DNA of 32,000 nt, taken from the NCBI RefSeq assembly GCF_018398935.1, contig NZ_CP074694.1, positions 210,001-242,000 of the forward strand, in the 5' to 3' direction. Made by a program: the position numbers and the translations under genes. The notes beneath the pieces were generated by a model that had not been told where the DNA came from, made no database searches, and saw nothing but the letters and a program-made list of their open reading frames with translations. Shown here in pieces: positions 8,115 to 15,949 of the stretch; within the stretch, counting starts at the first letter, position 1; every line of letters starts with the position of its first letter. Source of the stretch: Telmatocola sphagniphila (GTDB lineage Bacteria > Planctomycetota > Planctomycetia > Gemmatales > Gemmataceae).

Positions 8115-9206
8115 GTGTCCGCTCTTATCCGTTTGCCTCTCCTCCTGATTGCTCTGGTGTGTGTTTCCAACTCTGCTCAGTCTCGTCCGTTCGATGATGA
8201 TAAAACGCGAATATTGATTGAGATCAAAGTTCCCGCCGATGCCAGTCTGACGGTGGATGGCATTCCCGTCAAACAAACCGGATCGGTACGCAGACTGATT
8301 ACACCCGAGTTACCTTACGGTCGAACTTTCAAGTACACTTTCAAGGCCGTTTCGATGGAGAACGGCAAGAAATATGAAGCGGAGAAGACTGTCTCGGTGG
8401 AAGCGGGCAAGAGCTACGAAGTCGATCTGATCTCCAATGCCAAGCTCATCGAAACGGAGAAGAAGTCCGAGCCGAAAAAAGTGGAGATGAAAAAAGAACC
8501 GGAGAAACAGCCGGAAGTTAAGACCGAGCCGAAAAAAGAGGAGATGAAAAAGGATCCGGAGAAGAAGCCGGATACCAAAGTCGAACCGAAGAAGCCTGAA
8601 ATCAAGATTGAGATTCCCAAGGCTCCTGAAATGAAGAAGGATCCGGAGAAGAAGCCGGAGGATTTCAAAAAGAAAGATACCGTCAAGAAAGACGAACCCA
8701 AAAAAACGATCGATAAAAAGAACACGATAATTGTGCCTTTCGTTTCCACGCCCAATGCGGTCGTCAAGGCGATGTTGAAACTCGCCGAAGTAGGCAAAGA
8801 TGACATCGTCTATGACTTAGGTTGTGGCGACGGTCGGATTACCATAGCGGCCGTCAAAGAATTCAAAGCCCGGAAAGCGTACGGCATCGATATCGATCCC
8901 GAGCGAGTGAAAGAGTCGCTGGCCAATGCCCGGATTCAAGGTGTCGAACGCTCCGTTCAATTCAAGGAAGGCGATGTTCTGGAGATGAAGGATGTGGGCG
9001 ATGCCAACGTGGTCACACTCTATATGCTTCCTCAACTGAATGAAAAATTAGAACCGATGCTCCGCCGCACCTTAAAGCCTGGAGCTCGCATTGTTTCGCA
9101 TGACTTCGAAATCGGCAGTTGGAAGCCAACCAAGACCGAAGATGTGAAGGATGAAGACGGCAACGATCACAAAATATTTCTCTGGGTGATTCCGGAAAAG
9201 AAATAA
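8115..9206 (+). CDS. Exported fusion protein: signal peptide + TIGR03000-type Planctomycetes domain + Lys/Glu/Pro repeats + class I SAM-dependent methyltransferase domain
   Basis: GTG start with GAGGA 7 nt upstream. Sec-type signal is MSALIRLPLLLIALVCVSNSAQS. Residues ~33-105 (ILIEIKVPADASLTVDGIPVKQTGSVRRLITPELPYGRTFKYTFKAVSMENGKKYEAEKTVSVEAGKSYEVDL) fit the TIGR03000 pattern as I recall it. The C-terminal part is IIVPFVSTPNAVVKAMLKLAEVGKDDIVYDLGCGDGRITIAAVKEF..AYGIDIDPERV..FKEGDVLE..ANVVTLYMLPQLNEKLEPMLRRTLKPGARIVSHDF. This gives the SAM motif I (DLGCGDG), an acidic post-I residue (GIDID) and the VPFVxTP lead-in typical of a seven-beta-strand methyltransferase family that includes lysine methyltransferases. 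Confidence 0.75.
   Translation: MSALIRLPLLLIALVCVSNSAQSRPFDDDKTRILIEIKVPADASLTVDGIPVKQTGSVRRLITPELPYGRTFKYTFKAVSMENGKKYEAEKTVSVEAGKSYEVDLISNAKLIETEKKSEPKKVEMKKEPEKQPEVKTEPKKEEMKKDPEKKPDTKVEPKKPEIKIEIPKAPEMKKDPEKKPEDFKKKDTVKKDEPKKTIDKKNTIIVPFVSTPNAVVKAMLKLAEVGKDDIVYDLGCGDGRITIAAVKEFKARKAYGIDIDPERVKESLANARIQGVERSVQFKEGDVLEMKDVGDANVVTLYMLPQLNEKLEPMLRRTLKPGARIVSHDFEIGSWKPTKTEDVKDEDGNDHKIFLWVIPEKK
8460..8708 (+). repeat. In-frame degenerate tandem repeat, 57-nt / 19-aa period (EPKK..EMKK[ED]PEK[QK]P), within the CDS 8115..9206
   Basis: Unit starts (gagccgaaaaaag / gaaccgaagaag, all EPKK) fall at 8469, 8526 and 8583, with a further EPKK at 8694. Units 8469..8525 and 8526..8582 are about four-fifths identical by eye. 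An exact 23-nt direct repeat, aaggatccggagaagaagccgga, occurs at 8550..8572 and 8637..8659. Confidence 0.8.
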
Positions 9207-9220
9207 GAGCGAGGAAGAAA

Positions 9221-10810
9221 ATGCCGGAATCGTACGATGCGATCATTATTGGCGGCGGGCATAACGGATTAGTATGTGCGGCCTATCTCGGCAGGGCTGG
9301 TTGCAAAGTTCTGGTTCTCGAACGTCGGGAAGTTCTCGGCGGTTGCTGCGTGACCGAGGAAATCTGGCCCGGTTACAAGGTTTCCCCAGCCGCTTATGTC
9401 AATAGTCTGCTTCGTCCCGAAATCATCCGCGATCTCGATCTGAAAAAGCATGGGTTCGCCATGCTGCCGCGCAATCCCTCATCGTTCACTCCCTTCCCGG
9501 ATGGCCGCTATCTGATGATGGGACCCGATCGCGAAGCGACGCAAAAAGAAATTGCCAAGTTCAGCCACAAGGATGCGGAAGCCTACCCCCAGTACGAAGC
9601 GATGCTCGAAAAAGTCGCGGCCTTTCTGGAACCGCTATTGGTCGAAACTCCTCCCGATCCCTGGGGCAGTTTTCGCGATTTGACCAAACTCGCACGGCTG
9701 GGTTGGAAGTTCCGCAAACTGGGCCGGAAAGTCGGCGTCGAGGCCATTGAAATTCTCAGCGGGGCCGCTCGTCCCATTCTCGACCGCTGGTTCGAATCGG
9801 ATGAATTGAAAGCGACAATTGCCACCGATGCGGTGATCGGGGCTTTTGCGGCACCTTCGATGCCAGGCACAGCCTATGTGCTCTTCCACCATGTCATGGG
9901 GGAGTGCGACGGCGCCAAGGGGGTCTGGGGATACGTTCGCGGTGGGATGGGGACGATCAGTAACAGCATCGCCGCCGCCGCTAGAGCGGTTGGTGTGGAA
10001 ATTCGAACGGAGGCGGAAGTCGGAAGAATTCTGATCAAGGAGGGCCGTGCCACAGGAGTAGCGTTAAGGGATGGTACGGAATTCCACGCCAAGCGAGTGA
10101 TTTCGAACGCCGATGCGAATGTCACCTTCCTGAAGCTTACCGATCCCAAGGAGCTACCGGACGACTTCCGGCAAGCAGTCAAAAATATCGACTACAGTTC
10201 AGCGACTGTCAAAATTAACGTTTGCGTCAGCGAACCACCTCAGTTCAAGGCTTTACCCGGTACGGGCGTCGGCCCGCAACACCACGGCACCATGCACATC
10301 TGTCCGAGCCCGGATTACATCGAGCGGGCCTATGACGAGGCCAAGTATGGCCGTCCTTCAGAAAATCCGATGCTGGAATGCACGATGGCGACGGCTCTCG
10401 ATAATACTCTAGCCCCAGCGGGCAAACATATTATCAGTATGTTCATTCAGTATGCTCCCTACCATCTTAAAGGGACTACCTGGGAGCTAGAGATGGATAA
10501 ATTTGCGGACCGCTGCTTCGATATCCTCAATGAGTACGCACCCAATTTCAAAAACAGTGTAATCGATCGCATGGTCATTCCACCGCCGGAAATGGAGCGG
10601 CTCTGGGGCATCACGGGTGGCAATATCATGCAGGGCTCCATGGGGTTGGCTAGCATGTTCAGCTTGCGGCCAGTTGCTGGATTTGCGAATTACAAGAGCC
10701 CGATAAAGGGGCTTTACATGTGTGGAGCGGCCACACACCCGGGCGGCGGCGTAATGGGGGCTTGTGGTTGGAATGCCGCGCGAGCCATTCTTAAAGACAA
10801 AATTCGCTGA
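9221..10810 (+). CDS. FAD/NAD(P)-binding oxidoreductase of the phytoene-desaturase (CrtI) superfamily, PYROXD2-like
   Basis: The N-terminal Rossmann motif is YDAIIIGGGHNGLVCAAYLGRAGCKVLVLERREVLGG. The continuation CVTEEIWPGYKVSPAAYVNSLLRPEIIRDLDLKKHGF closely resembles the PYROXD2/COG1233 family as I recall it. A C-terminal GLYMCGAATHPGGGVMG FAD-binding motif is present. GAGGAAG RBS precedes the ATG at 9221. Confidence 0.85.
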   Translation: MPESYDAIIIGGGHNGLVCAAYLGRAGCKVLVLERREVLGGCCVTEEIWPGYKVSPAAYVNSLLRPEIIRDLDLKKHGFAMLPRNPSSFTPFPDGRYLMMGPDREATQKEIAKFSHKDAEAYPQYEAMLEKVAAFLEPLLVETPPDPWGSFRDLTKLARLGWKFRKLGRKVGVEAIEILSGAARPILDRWFESDELKATIATDAVIGAFAAPSMPGTAYVLFHHVMGECDGAKGVWGYVRGGMGTISNSIAAAARAVGVEIRTEAEVGRILIKEGRATGVALRDGTEFHAKRVISNADANVTFLKLTDPKELPDDFRQAVKNIDYSSATVKINVCVSEPPQFKALPGTGVGPQHHGTMHICPSPDYIERAYDEAKYGRPSENPMLECTMATALDNTLAPAGKHIISMFIQYAPYHLKGTTWELEMDKFADRCFDILNEYAPNFKNSVIDRMVIPPPEMERLWGITGGNIMQGSMGLASMFSLRPVAGFANYKSPIKGLYMCGAATHPGGGVMGACGWNAARAILKDKIR

Positions 10811-11061
10811 TTTTCGAAGTAATGCCTGCATAGCATGATCTGGTGAAGTAGATGATGCGATGCCAGGAAAAATAGCTCGCACCCAACATTGTGAGGAATC
10901 TACCTATTTCTCCAGATAAATTCTTCCCCGCTAATGCTGGGTGAATCGAGATGTGGAGTTTCACTCGGGATCGAATTTACTTGCATTTGAGGTCTCTTTT
11001 CTCGAAGATAATCAAACCTGCACGATAGCTCATTTATTTGAAAAGTTTTGGAGGCTCTCCC

Positions 11062-12372
11062 ATGTCGGAAGCATCAATGAACACGCCGAATCGTCGCGAA
11101 TTTGTGGCCGCCTCAACTGTGGCAGGCGTGGGCCTGCTTTCGGGAGGCGTTTTTGCTGCGGGCAATGAAACCATCCGAATCGGCTTGATTGGTTGCGGTG
11201 GCCGAGGTAGTGGTGCCGCGGTGAATGCCCTGAACGCCGACCCGAATGTTAAACTAGTGGCGATGGGAGACGCGTTTCCGGACCGACTGGAATCCTCTCT
11301 GGCGGGCTTCCTGAAAAAAGGGAAGTTGAAAGATAAAATCGATGTTCCCGCCGAACGCCGATTCACTGGCTTCGATGCTTACAAAAACGTAATCGCAAAT
11401 AGCGATGTCGTGCTGCTCTGCACTCCGCCGCACTTCCGACCAATGCACCTGAAGGCGGCGATCGAAGCCGGCAAACACGTTTTCTGTGAAAAACCGGTCG
11501 CTGTCGATGCTTCCGGGGTTCGCAGTGTGATGGAAACCGCGCGTCTGGCCAAGCAGAAGAACCTGGCTCTTTGCTCCGGTTTCTGCTACCGCTATGAATT
11601 TGCCAAGCGCGAATGGGTGAAGCGTATTCACGATGGCGTCATCGGCGACGTGACTGCGATGCAGGTGAATTACAACACGGGGCCGCTGTGGTGGAACCGC
11701 GAGAAGAAAGATTGGAAGCCCGAGCAGTATTCCTCCATGGAATACCAGATGCGCAACTGGTACTACTACACCTGGCTGTCCGGCGATCATCTGGTCGAGC
11801 AGCACTGCCATAACATCGATAAAGCCTGCTGGATCATGAACAGCTATCCGGTGGCCGCAACTGGTTTGGGCGGCCGGCAACTTCGCACCGATGAAAAGTA
11901 CGGTAATATTTTCGATCACCACAGTGTAATCTTCGAATATGAAAACGGCGCTCGCGTCTTCAGCTTCTGCCGTCAGATGCCCGGCTGCAGCAGCGGGGTT
12001 TCGGATATCGTTTTCGGAACTAAGGGGATCGGCGAGAATCAGGAATTTACGGAAGGGTACCCCCGCCTGAAACCGAATTCAGGTTCTGCGTGGAAATTTA
12101 CCGATCCCAATTCCGACATGTACGACCAGGAACATGTGGAACTTTTCGCCAGCATTCGCAAAGGGAGCCCAATCAACGATGGAGAATCGGCCGCGAGAAG
12201 CACCCTGATGGCCATCATGGGCCGTACGGCAACCTATACCGGCCAAAGGGTGACCTGGGACTTCATGAACAAATCGAAACTGGTTCTTGCACCGACTGCG
12301 TACGACATGGCCGCCCAGGTTCCCGCGGAACTGGCTAAGGTCGCTATTCCGGGCAAGACTGCTTTAGTTTGA
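11062..12372 (+). CDS. Gfo/Idh/MocA-family oxidoreductase with twin-arginine (Tat) signal
   Basis: The Tat-like leader is NRREFVAASTVAGVGLLSGGVFAA. The Rossmann motif is IRIGLIGCGGRGSGAAVNAL, followed by VLLCTPPHFRPMH and EKPVA, which are typical of the family. ATG 11062 is preceded by GGAGG. The track start at TTG 11038 is less likely. Confidence 0.85.
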   Translation: MSEASMNTPNRREFVAASTVAGVGLLSGGVFAAGNETIRIGLIGCGGRGSGAAVNALNADPNVKLVAMGDAFPDRLESSLAGFLKKGKLKDKIDVPAERRFTGFDAYKNVIANSDVVLLCTPPHFRPMHLKAAIEAGKHVFCEKPVAVDASGVRSVMETARLAKQKNLALCSGFCYRYEFAKREWVKRIHDGVIGDVTAMQVNYNTGPLWWNREKKDWKPEQYSSMEYQMRNWYYYTWLSGDHLVEQHCHNIDKACWIMNSYPVAATGLGGRQLRTDEKYGNIFDHHSVIFEYENGARVFSFCRQMPGCSSGVSDIVFGTKGIGENQEFTEGYPRLKPNSGSAWKFTDPNSDMYDQEHVELFASIRKGSPINDGESAARSTLMAIMGRTATYTGQRVTWDFMNKSKLVLAPTAYDMAAQVPAELAKVAIPGKTALV

Positions 12373-12387
12373 TTCTGAATCCTTTTG

Positions 12388-12413
12388 ATCGAGCGGACTT
12401 TGGTCCGCTCGAT
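12388..12413 (+). terminator. Hairpin terminator candidate after the Gfo/Idh/MocA gene
   Basis: atcgagcggac-tttg-gtccgctcgat is a perfect 11-bp stem with a 4-nt loop, starting 16 nt after the stop at 12372. It is followed by ttcctgt, a weak T tract. Confidence 0.55.
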
Positions 12414-12563
12414 TTCCTGTCTCGACTTTCGCCCTGAGAAGCCTTCTTTACGTTGAGAAAATCCAGCTGAAAAAGAGACGCTGATCACGCGTGGGATTGA
12501 TCGTATTTTAAAGGAATGAGTGTAAGAAGCGGGTAATCTCAAATTGGGTAGGGAACTTACATC

Positions 12564-13055
12564 ATGATTCACAGATGGGGTTGGTTAATCGCGGGTTTTT
12601 TCTGCATCCTACAGGTGGCGGGCTGTGACAAACCGGCTGCTACCAGTTCTGCGGCGCCTCGGGCTACGGCCAAGTCTGAGAAGGAAGATCACATTCACGG
12701 CGCCGGGCCTCACGGTGGGGCCGTGTTCGATTGGGGGCCCTACCATGCGGAATTCTGCGTGGAACATCCCAAACAGGAAGCGACGATTTATATTCTCAAG
12801 ACCGACATGAAAACTCATCAGCCCATCAAGGTGGAAAAGCTGCATCTTAAGATCAAGGATCCCGTTTTCGAACTCGATTTGATGGCTGCGCCGGAGAAAA
12901 ACGATGCCCCGGGTACAGCTTCCTGTTTCATCGGTAAGCATGAAAGGTTCGGTAAGGAACAGGAATTTGGCGGCACATTGAGCGGGGAGGTGGAAGGGAA
13001 GAAATTTTCGGGCGATTTCCAGGAACTACCCGAGGAACCGGCCCCGAAGAAGTAG
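12564..13055 (+). CDS. Lipoprotein of unknown function with a His-rich N-terminal motif
   Basis: The signal peptide has a lipobox: MIHRWGWLIAGFFCILQVAG|C. The mature part contains EDHIHGAGPHGGAVFDWGPYHAEF and then beta-rich-looking sequence. I recognise no catalytic motif. Confidence 0.6.
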   Translation: MIHRWGWLIAGFFCILQVAGCDKPAATSSAAPRATAKSEKEDHIHGAGPHGGAVFDWGPYHAEFCVEHPKQEATIYILKTDMKTHQPIKVEKLHLKIKDPVFELDLMAAPEKNDAPGTASCFIGKHERFGKEQEFGGTLSGEVEGKKFSGDFQELPEEPAPKK

Positions 13056-13063
13056 CGACCGCT

Positions 13064-14386
13064 TCATTTTCCAAACCGATCCGGCGTTCCCCACAAACCG
13101 AGCGCCGGATTCGAAATGTAGAAGATCTCCTCACCGCGTACTGTATTCCAGCCGTCCTGAAGCGATTTGGGGTCATAAAGCTCGCTCATTTTGCGTAAAT
13201 CGCCATATTCATAGCCCACACTATTAATCTCGTTTTCACTCAGGTGACCCGGGCAGTATCGAATTCGGAATCGACCTTCGGAACTCCCGTGGATCAGATG
13301 CGCGGCCGCGGAGAGATTCTCGGCCAATTCGCGATCGGATTTCGCCGCTTCCAGAATTCGAGGTGTTCCCACATAACCATACTTGCGAATCAGCAGATCT
13401 ACGCCTGAATCCTCCCCGAACTGTTTCACGCCCGGAGCGAGAATAATCAGCTCACCAGCATCGGCGATTGCCAGTCGAGTTCGATAAACCGCTTTATTCC
13501 CCAGCCAGGTACTGCGATACTCGGCCGGGTCGAGGTAGACGACGACCTTCTTCGGTTCTCGATCCATGTAGGTCAGGTTTACCTCGCGGCAAAGCGAACT
13601 CCCGAGGTTGAAGCACTCGACATCATCACCTGCGAATAGACCGCGAGTCACCAACTCTCCTTGGGCGTTCTTGGCACGCACCGTCAGCAAAAATGTAATC
13701 GGCAGATCCTTCAAAAAGTGGGTCACGCTATAGTTGAACAGCGTGCGAACCGGATTCTCCGGTTTGCCCATTAGTCGTTCCATGCCCCAGGCGGCCCCCA
13801 GGAAATGGCTCTTGGAAATAAAATCGCGGCCGCCAGTACCCACCAAAATATTTTTGGCACCATTGGCGATGCCACTTACCTCGTGCGGCACCAGTTGGCC
13901 GATGCTGAGTATCGCATCCCAAGGCTTCTCGAAATAGAGTCTGTTGACGGCGACTTGAACGTCGTAACTAACCCGATTTTCCGAAATCTGAGTGATAAAA
14001 TCGAACGGCACTGCGCCTAACTCGCGAGTGCCCTGCCGCCAGTCGTGAACGTGAAAGCAATCGTGCGGAATGCCGGGAAACATGTGATTTAATTCTTCGG
14101 GTTCCATGGCGAAGTGGGTACCCAAAGCGGGAAGAATCTGAACTTTGGCTGTAGCATGGAGTTTTTTGTATAGCTGGACTGTCAGCTCCCCGGCCCAGGA
14201 GTGCAATCGCGTAGCGTCGGGAGGAACTAACAGAATATTTCGAAGCGGGCCGCGTTGGGCAGCAAGTTGAGCAATTAACCCATCGAGGAGTTGGCTGGCT
14301 CGGTTCGCATCAATTGTTGTCTGGGCTGAGCCTTCGGTGAAATAAATCATGCTATCCTGATGAAGTAGTGAACCAGATGTTTCCAT
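13064..14386 (-). CDS. LarA-like (lactate racemase N-terminal domain / DUF2088) family protein
   Basis: Compared by eye with L. plantarum LarA as I remember it, NILLVPPDATR, ILPALGTHFAMEPEEL, LSIGQLVPHEVSGIANGAKNILVGTGG and FISKSHF align with NIVIISSDHTRP, ILVATGFHRPSTHEEL, ISEGFIESHFFAGFSGGRKSVLPG and MANHS. The ATG at 14350 (MIYFTEG, with AGGA 4 nt upstream) is an alternative, possibly better start than 14386. Confidence 0.6.
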   Translation of the reverse strand: METSGSLLHQDSMIYFTEGSAQTTIDANRASQLLDGLIAQLAAQRGPLRNILLVPPDATRLHSWAGELTVQLYKKLHATAKVQILPALGTHFAMEPEELNHMFPGIPHDCFHVHDWRQGTRELGAVPFDFITQISENRVSYDVQVAVNRLYFEKPWDAILSIGQLVPHEVSGIANGAKNILVGTGGRDFISKSHFLGAAWGMERLMGKPENPVRTLFNYSVTHFLKDLPITFLLTVRAKNAQGELVTRGLFAGDDVECFNLGSSLCREVNLTYMDREPKKVVVYLDPAEYRSTWLGNKAVYRTRLAIADAGELIILAPGVKQFGEDSGVDLLIRKYGYVGTPRILEAAKSDRELAENLSAAAHLIHGSSEGRFRIRYCPGHLSENEINSVGYEYGDLRKMSELYDPKSLQDGWNTVRGEEIFYISNPALGLWGTPDRFGK

Positions 14387-14621
14387 CGATAATTTATTAA
14401 ATGAGCCGACAGCGTGCCTCTCATCAAAGTTTCATAATTGGTCTGGGTGAGTTTATATCCGCACGATCCAATGGCATTCTGTCCCATATTACCCTGCAAA
14501 TTCGATCCAATTGTTAGGCTAACCAGGTTGAATTCTTGGACATTACCCGGATACGCACTATGCCAAATGCGACTCCGTAAGCTAAGATTGAGTTGAAGAT
14601 AGTCCAAGGTAACAGCTTTCC

Positions 14622-15929
14622 ATGATAGGCCGTGTTTTTATGGGACGGTATGAAGCCGTCCGCCTCCTGGGTGAAGGGGGTATGGGAAAAGTGTATCTCG
14701 CGCATCAGCTTGATCTCAACCGGCAGGTTGTTATCAAGGTCATGCACGAGCACGTAGCGGCCGATCCCATCTTTCGCGAGAGATTTCAGCGCGAAACGAT
14801 GTTAATGGCTCGCTTTCAGCACCCAAACGCCGTGACACTTTACGATGCGTCGCTGACGGATGGCCCCTGCATTGTCATGGAATACGTCAAAGGACTGAAT
14901 CTCGACCTGCTTCTGCAGAAAAACAATCGATTCTCACCGGGCCGGGTCGGACGAATTATCGGCCAGCTTTGCGAAGTGCTGCAAGCGGCCCACGACAATG
15001 GCATGATTCATCGGGATTTGAAGCCCAGTAATCTGATGATCGTCGATTTCGATTCGCCTCGCGAACGATTGAAGGTCATGGATTTTGGACTGGCCAAACT
15101 GACCTACTCGGCCTCGCTCGAAGAGATCAAAGAGAATAATCTATCCGGTTCGAATTTCGAATTTGCCCTCGGAACCCCCGGCTATATCTGTCCGGAACAG
15201 GTGCGGGGCGATTCTGTCGATCATCGTGGCGATCTCTATTCGGTCGGCGTGATCATGTATGAACTCCTGACGGGCCGATTGCCTTTCAGCAGTGCCTCGA
15301 TCATGGATATGATGATTGCCCATGCGACGGACGTACCCCCAAGCTTCAAAGACATTGGTTTGGGACGACAGATCCCGTCGATTATCGAAGATGTGGTGAT
15401 GCGGTGCCTGGAGAAGGATCCGAATCGTCGGCCGCAATGTGCCCGCGATCTGGCCGAGGAGTACGAAACCGCGGTAGCCATCGTGGAATCCGGGATGGAA
15501 TCGAAGCTGGAAAACCAGCCTCCCCCCGGAATGCAGAAACCGGTGGATCCGCTCGCTTTCGTTCAAGATCCGACCACCATTGCCTACGTGATGGAAGCTT
15601 GGATGCCGGAATCGATTGCACTCATCAAATTGCGCGGCTACGCTTCAGATAACTACGGCAACGTCCTTGAGAGTGTACCGGGACATATTCGACTGGAAAT
15701 CAACCCCGGTGCTCCCCCGAGAAGTAGCTGGTCTTCTCTGTTCGGGCGCAAGCCCGAACATCTCAATGTGGAATTGAATCTTCGGAATGCGGATACCGGC
15801 CGGGCTAACAATCTATTCATCCAAGTCGTATTCCGTCCTAACCACATCAGCCAACTACAGGATCCGGTTTGGCGATCCCGCTGCTCCAGCGCGTTCGTAG
15901 AACTCCGATCTTACCTCATGGGTAAGTAA
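14622..15929 (+). CDS. Ser/Thr protein kinase with an uncharacterised ~130-aa C-terminal domain
   Basis: Kinase motifs are LGEGGMGKVYLA, VVIKV, HRDLKPSNLMI, VMDFGLAK and GTPGYICPEQ. The C-terminal region (IAYVMEAWMPESIALIKLRGYASDNYGNVLESVPGHIRLEI..NLFIQVVFRP..FVELRSYLMG) has no motif I can name and no TM segment. Confidence 0.85.
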   Translation: MIGRVFMGRYEAVRLLGEGGMGKVYLAHQLDLNRQVVIKVMHEHVAADPIFRERFQRETMLMARFQHPNAVTLYDASLTDGPCIVMEYVKGLNLDLLLQKNNRFSPGRVGRIIGQLCEVLQAAHDNGMIHRDLKPSNLMIVDFDSPRERLKVMDFGLAKLTYSASLEEIKENNLSGSNFEFALGTPGYICPEQVRGDSVDHRGDLYSVGVIMYELLTGRLPFSSASIMDMMIAHATDVPPSFKDIGLGRQIPSIIEDVVMRCLEKDPNRRPQCARDLAEEYETAVAIVESGMESKLENQPPPGMQKPVDPLAFVQDPTTIAYVMEAWMPESIALIKLRGYASDNYGNVLESVPGHIRLEINPGAPPRSSWSSLFGRKPEHLNVELNLRNADTGRANNLFIQVVFRPNHISQLQDPVWRSRCSSAFVELRSYLMGK

Positions 15930-15949
15930 CCGCCGCTATTGGATTTCGC

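Noticed and set aside
8460-8708. Regularly spaced short repeats that might suggest a CRISPR-like array.
   Set aside because: The repeats are in frame inside a continuous ORF with a 57-nt period and degenerate units encoding a Lys/Glu/Pro linker. There is no repeat-spacer structure and there are no cas genes.
9781-9800. A GGTTCGAATC string resembling a tRNA T-loop.
   Set aside because: It lies inside the well-supported oxidoreductase CDS, where it encodes RWFESD, and has no cloverleaf context.
10815-10865. An imperfect inverted repeat (gcatagcatgatc ... gatgatgcgatgc) after the oxidoreductase stop.
   Set aside because: It has 11 of 13 pairs with two internal mismatches, a 10-nt loop and no T-tract. 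That is too weak to call a terminator.
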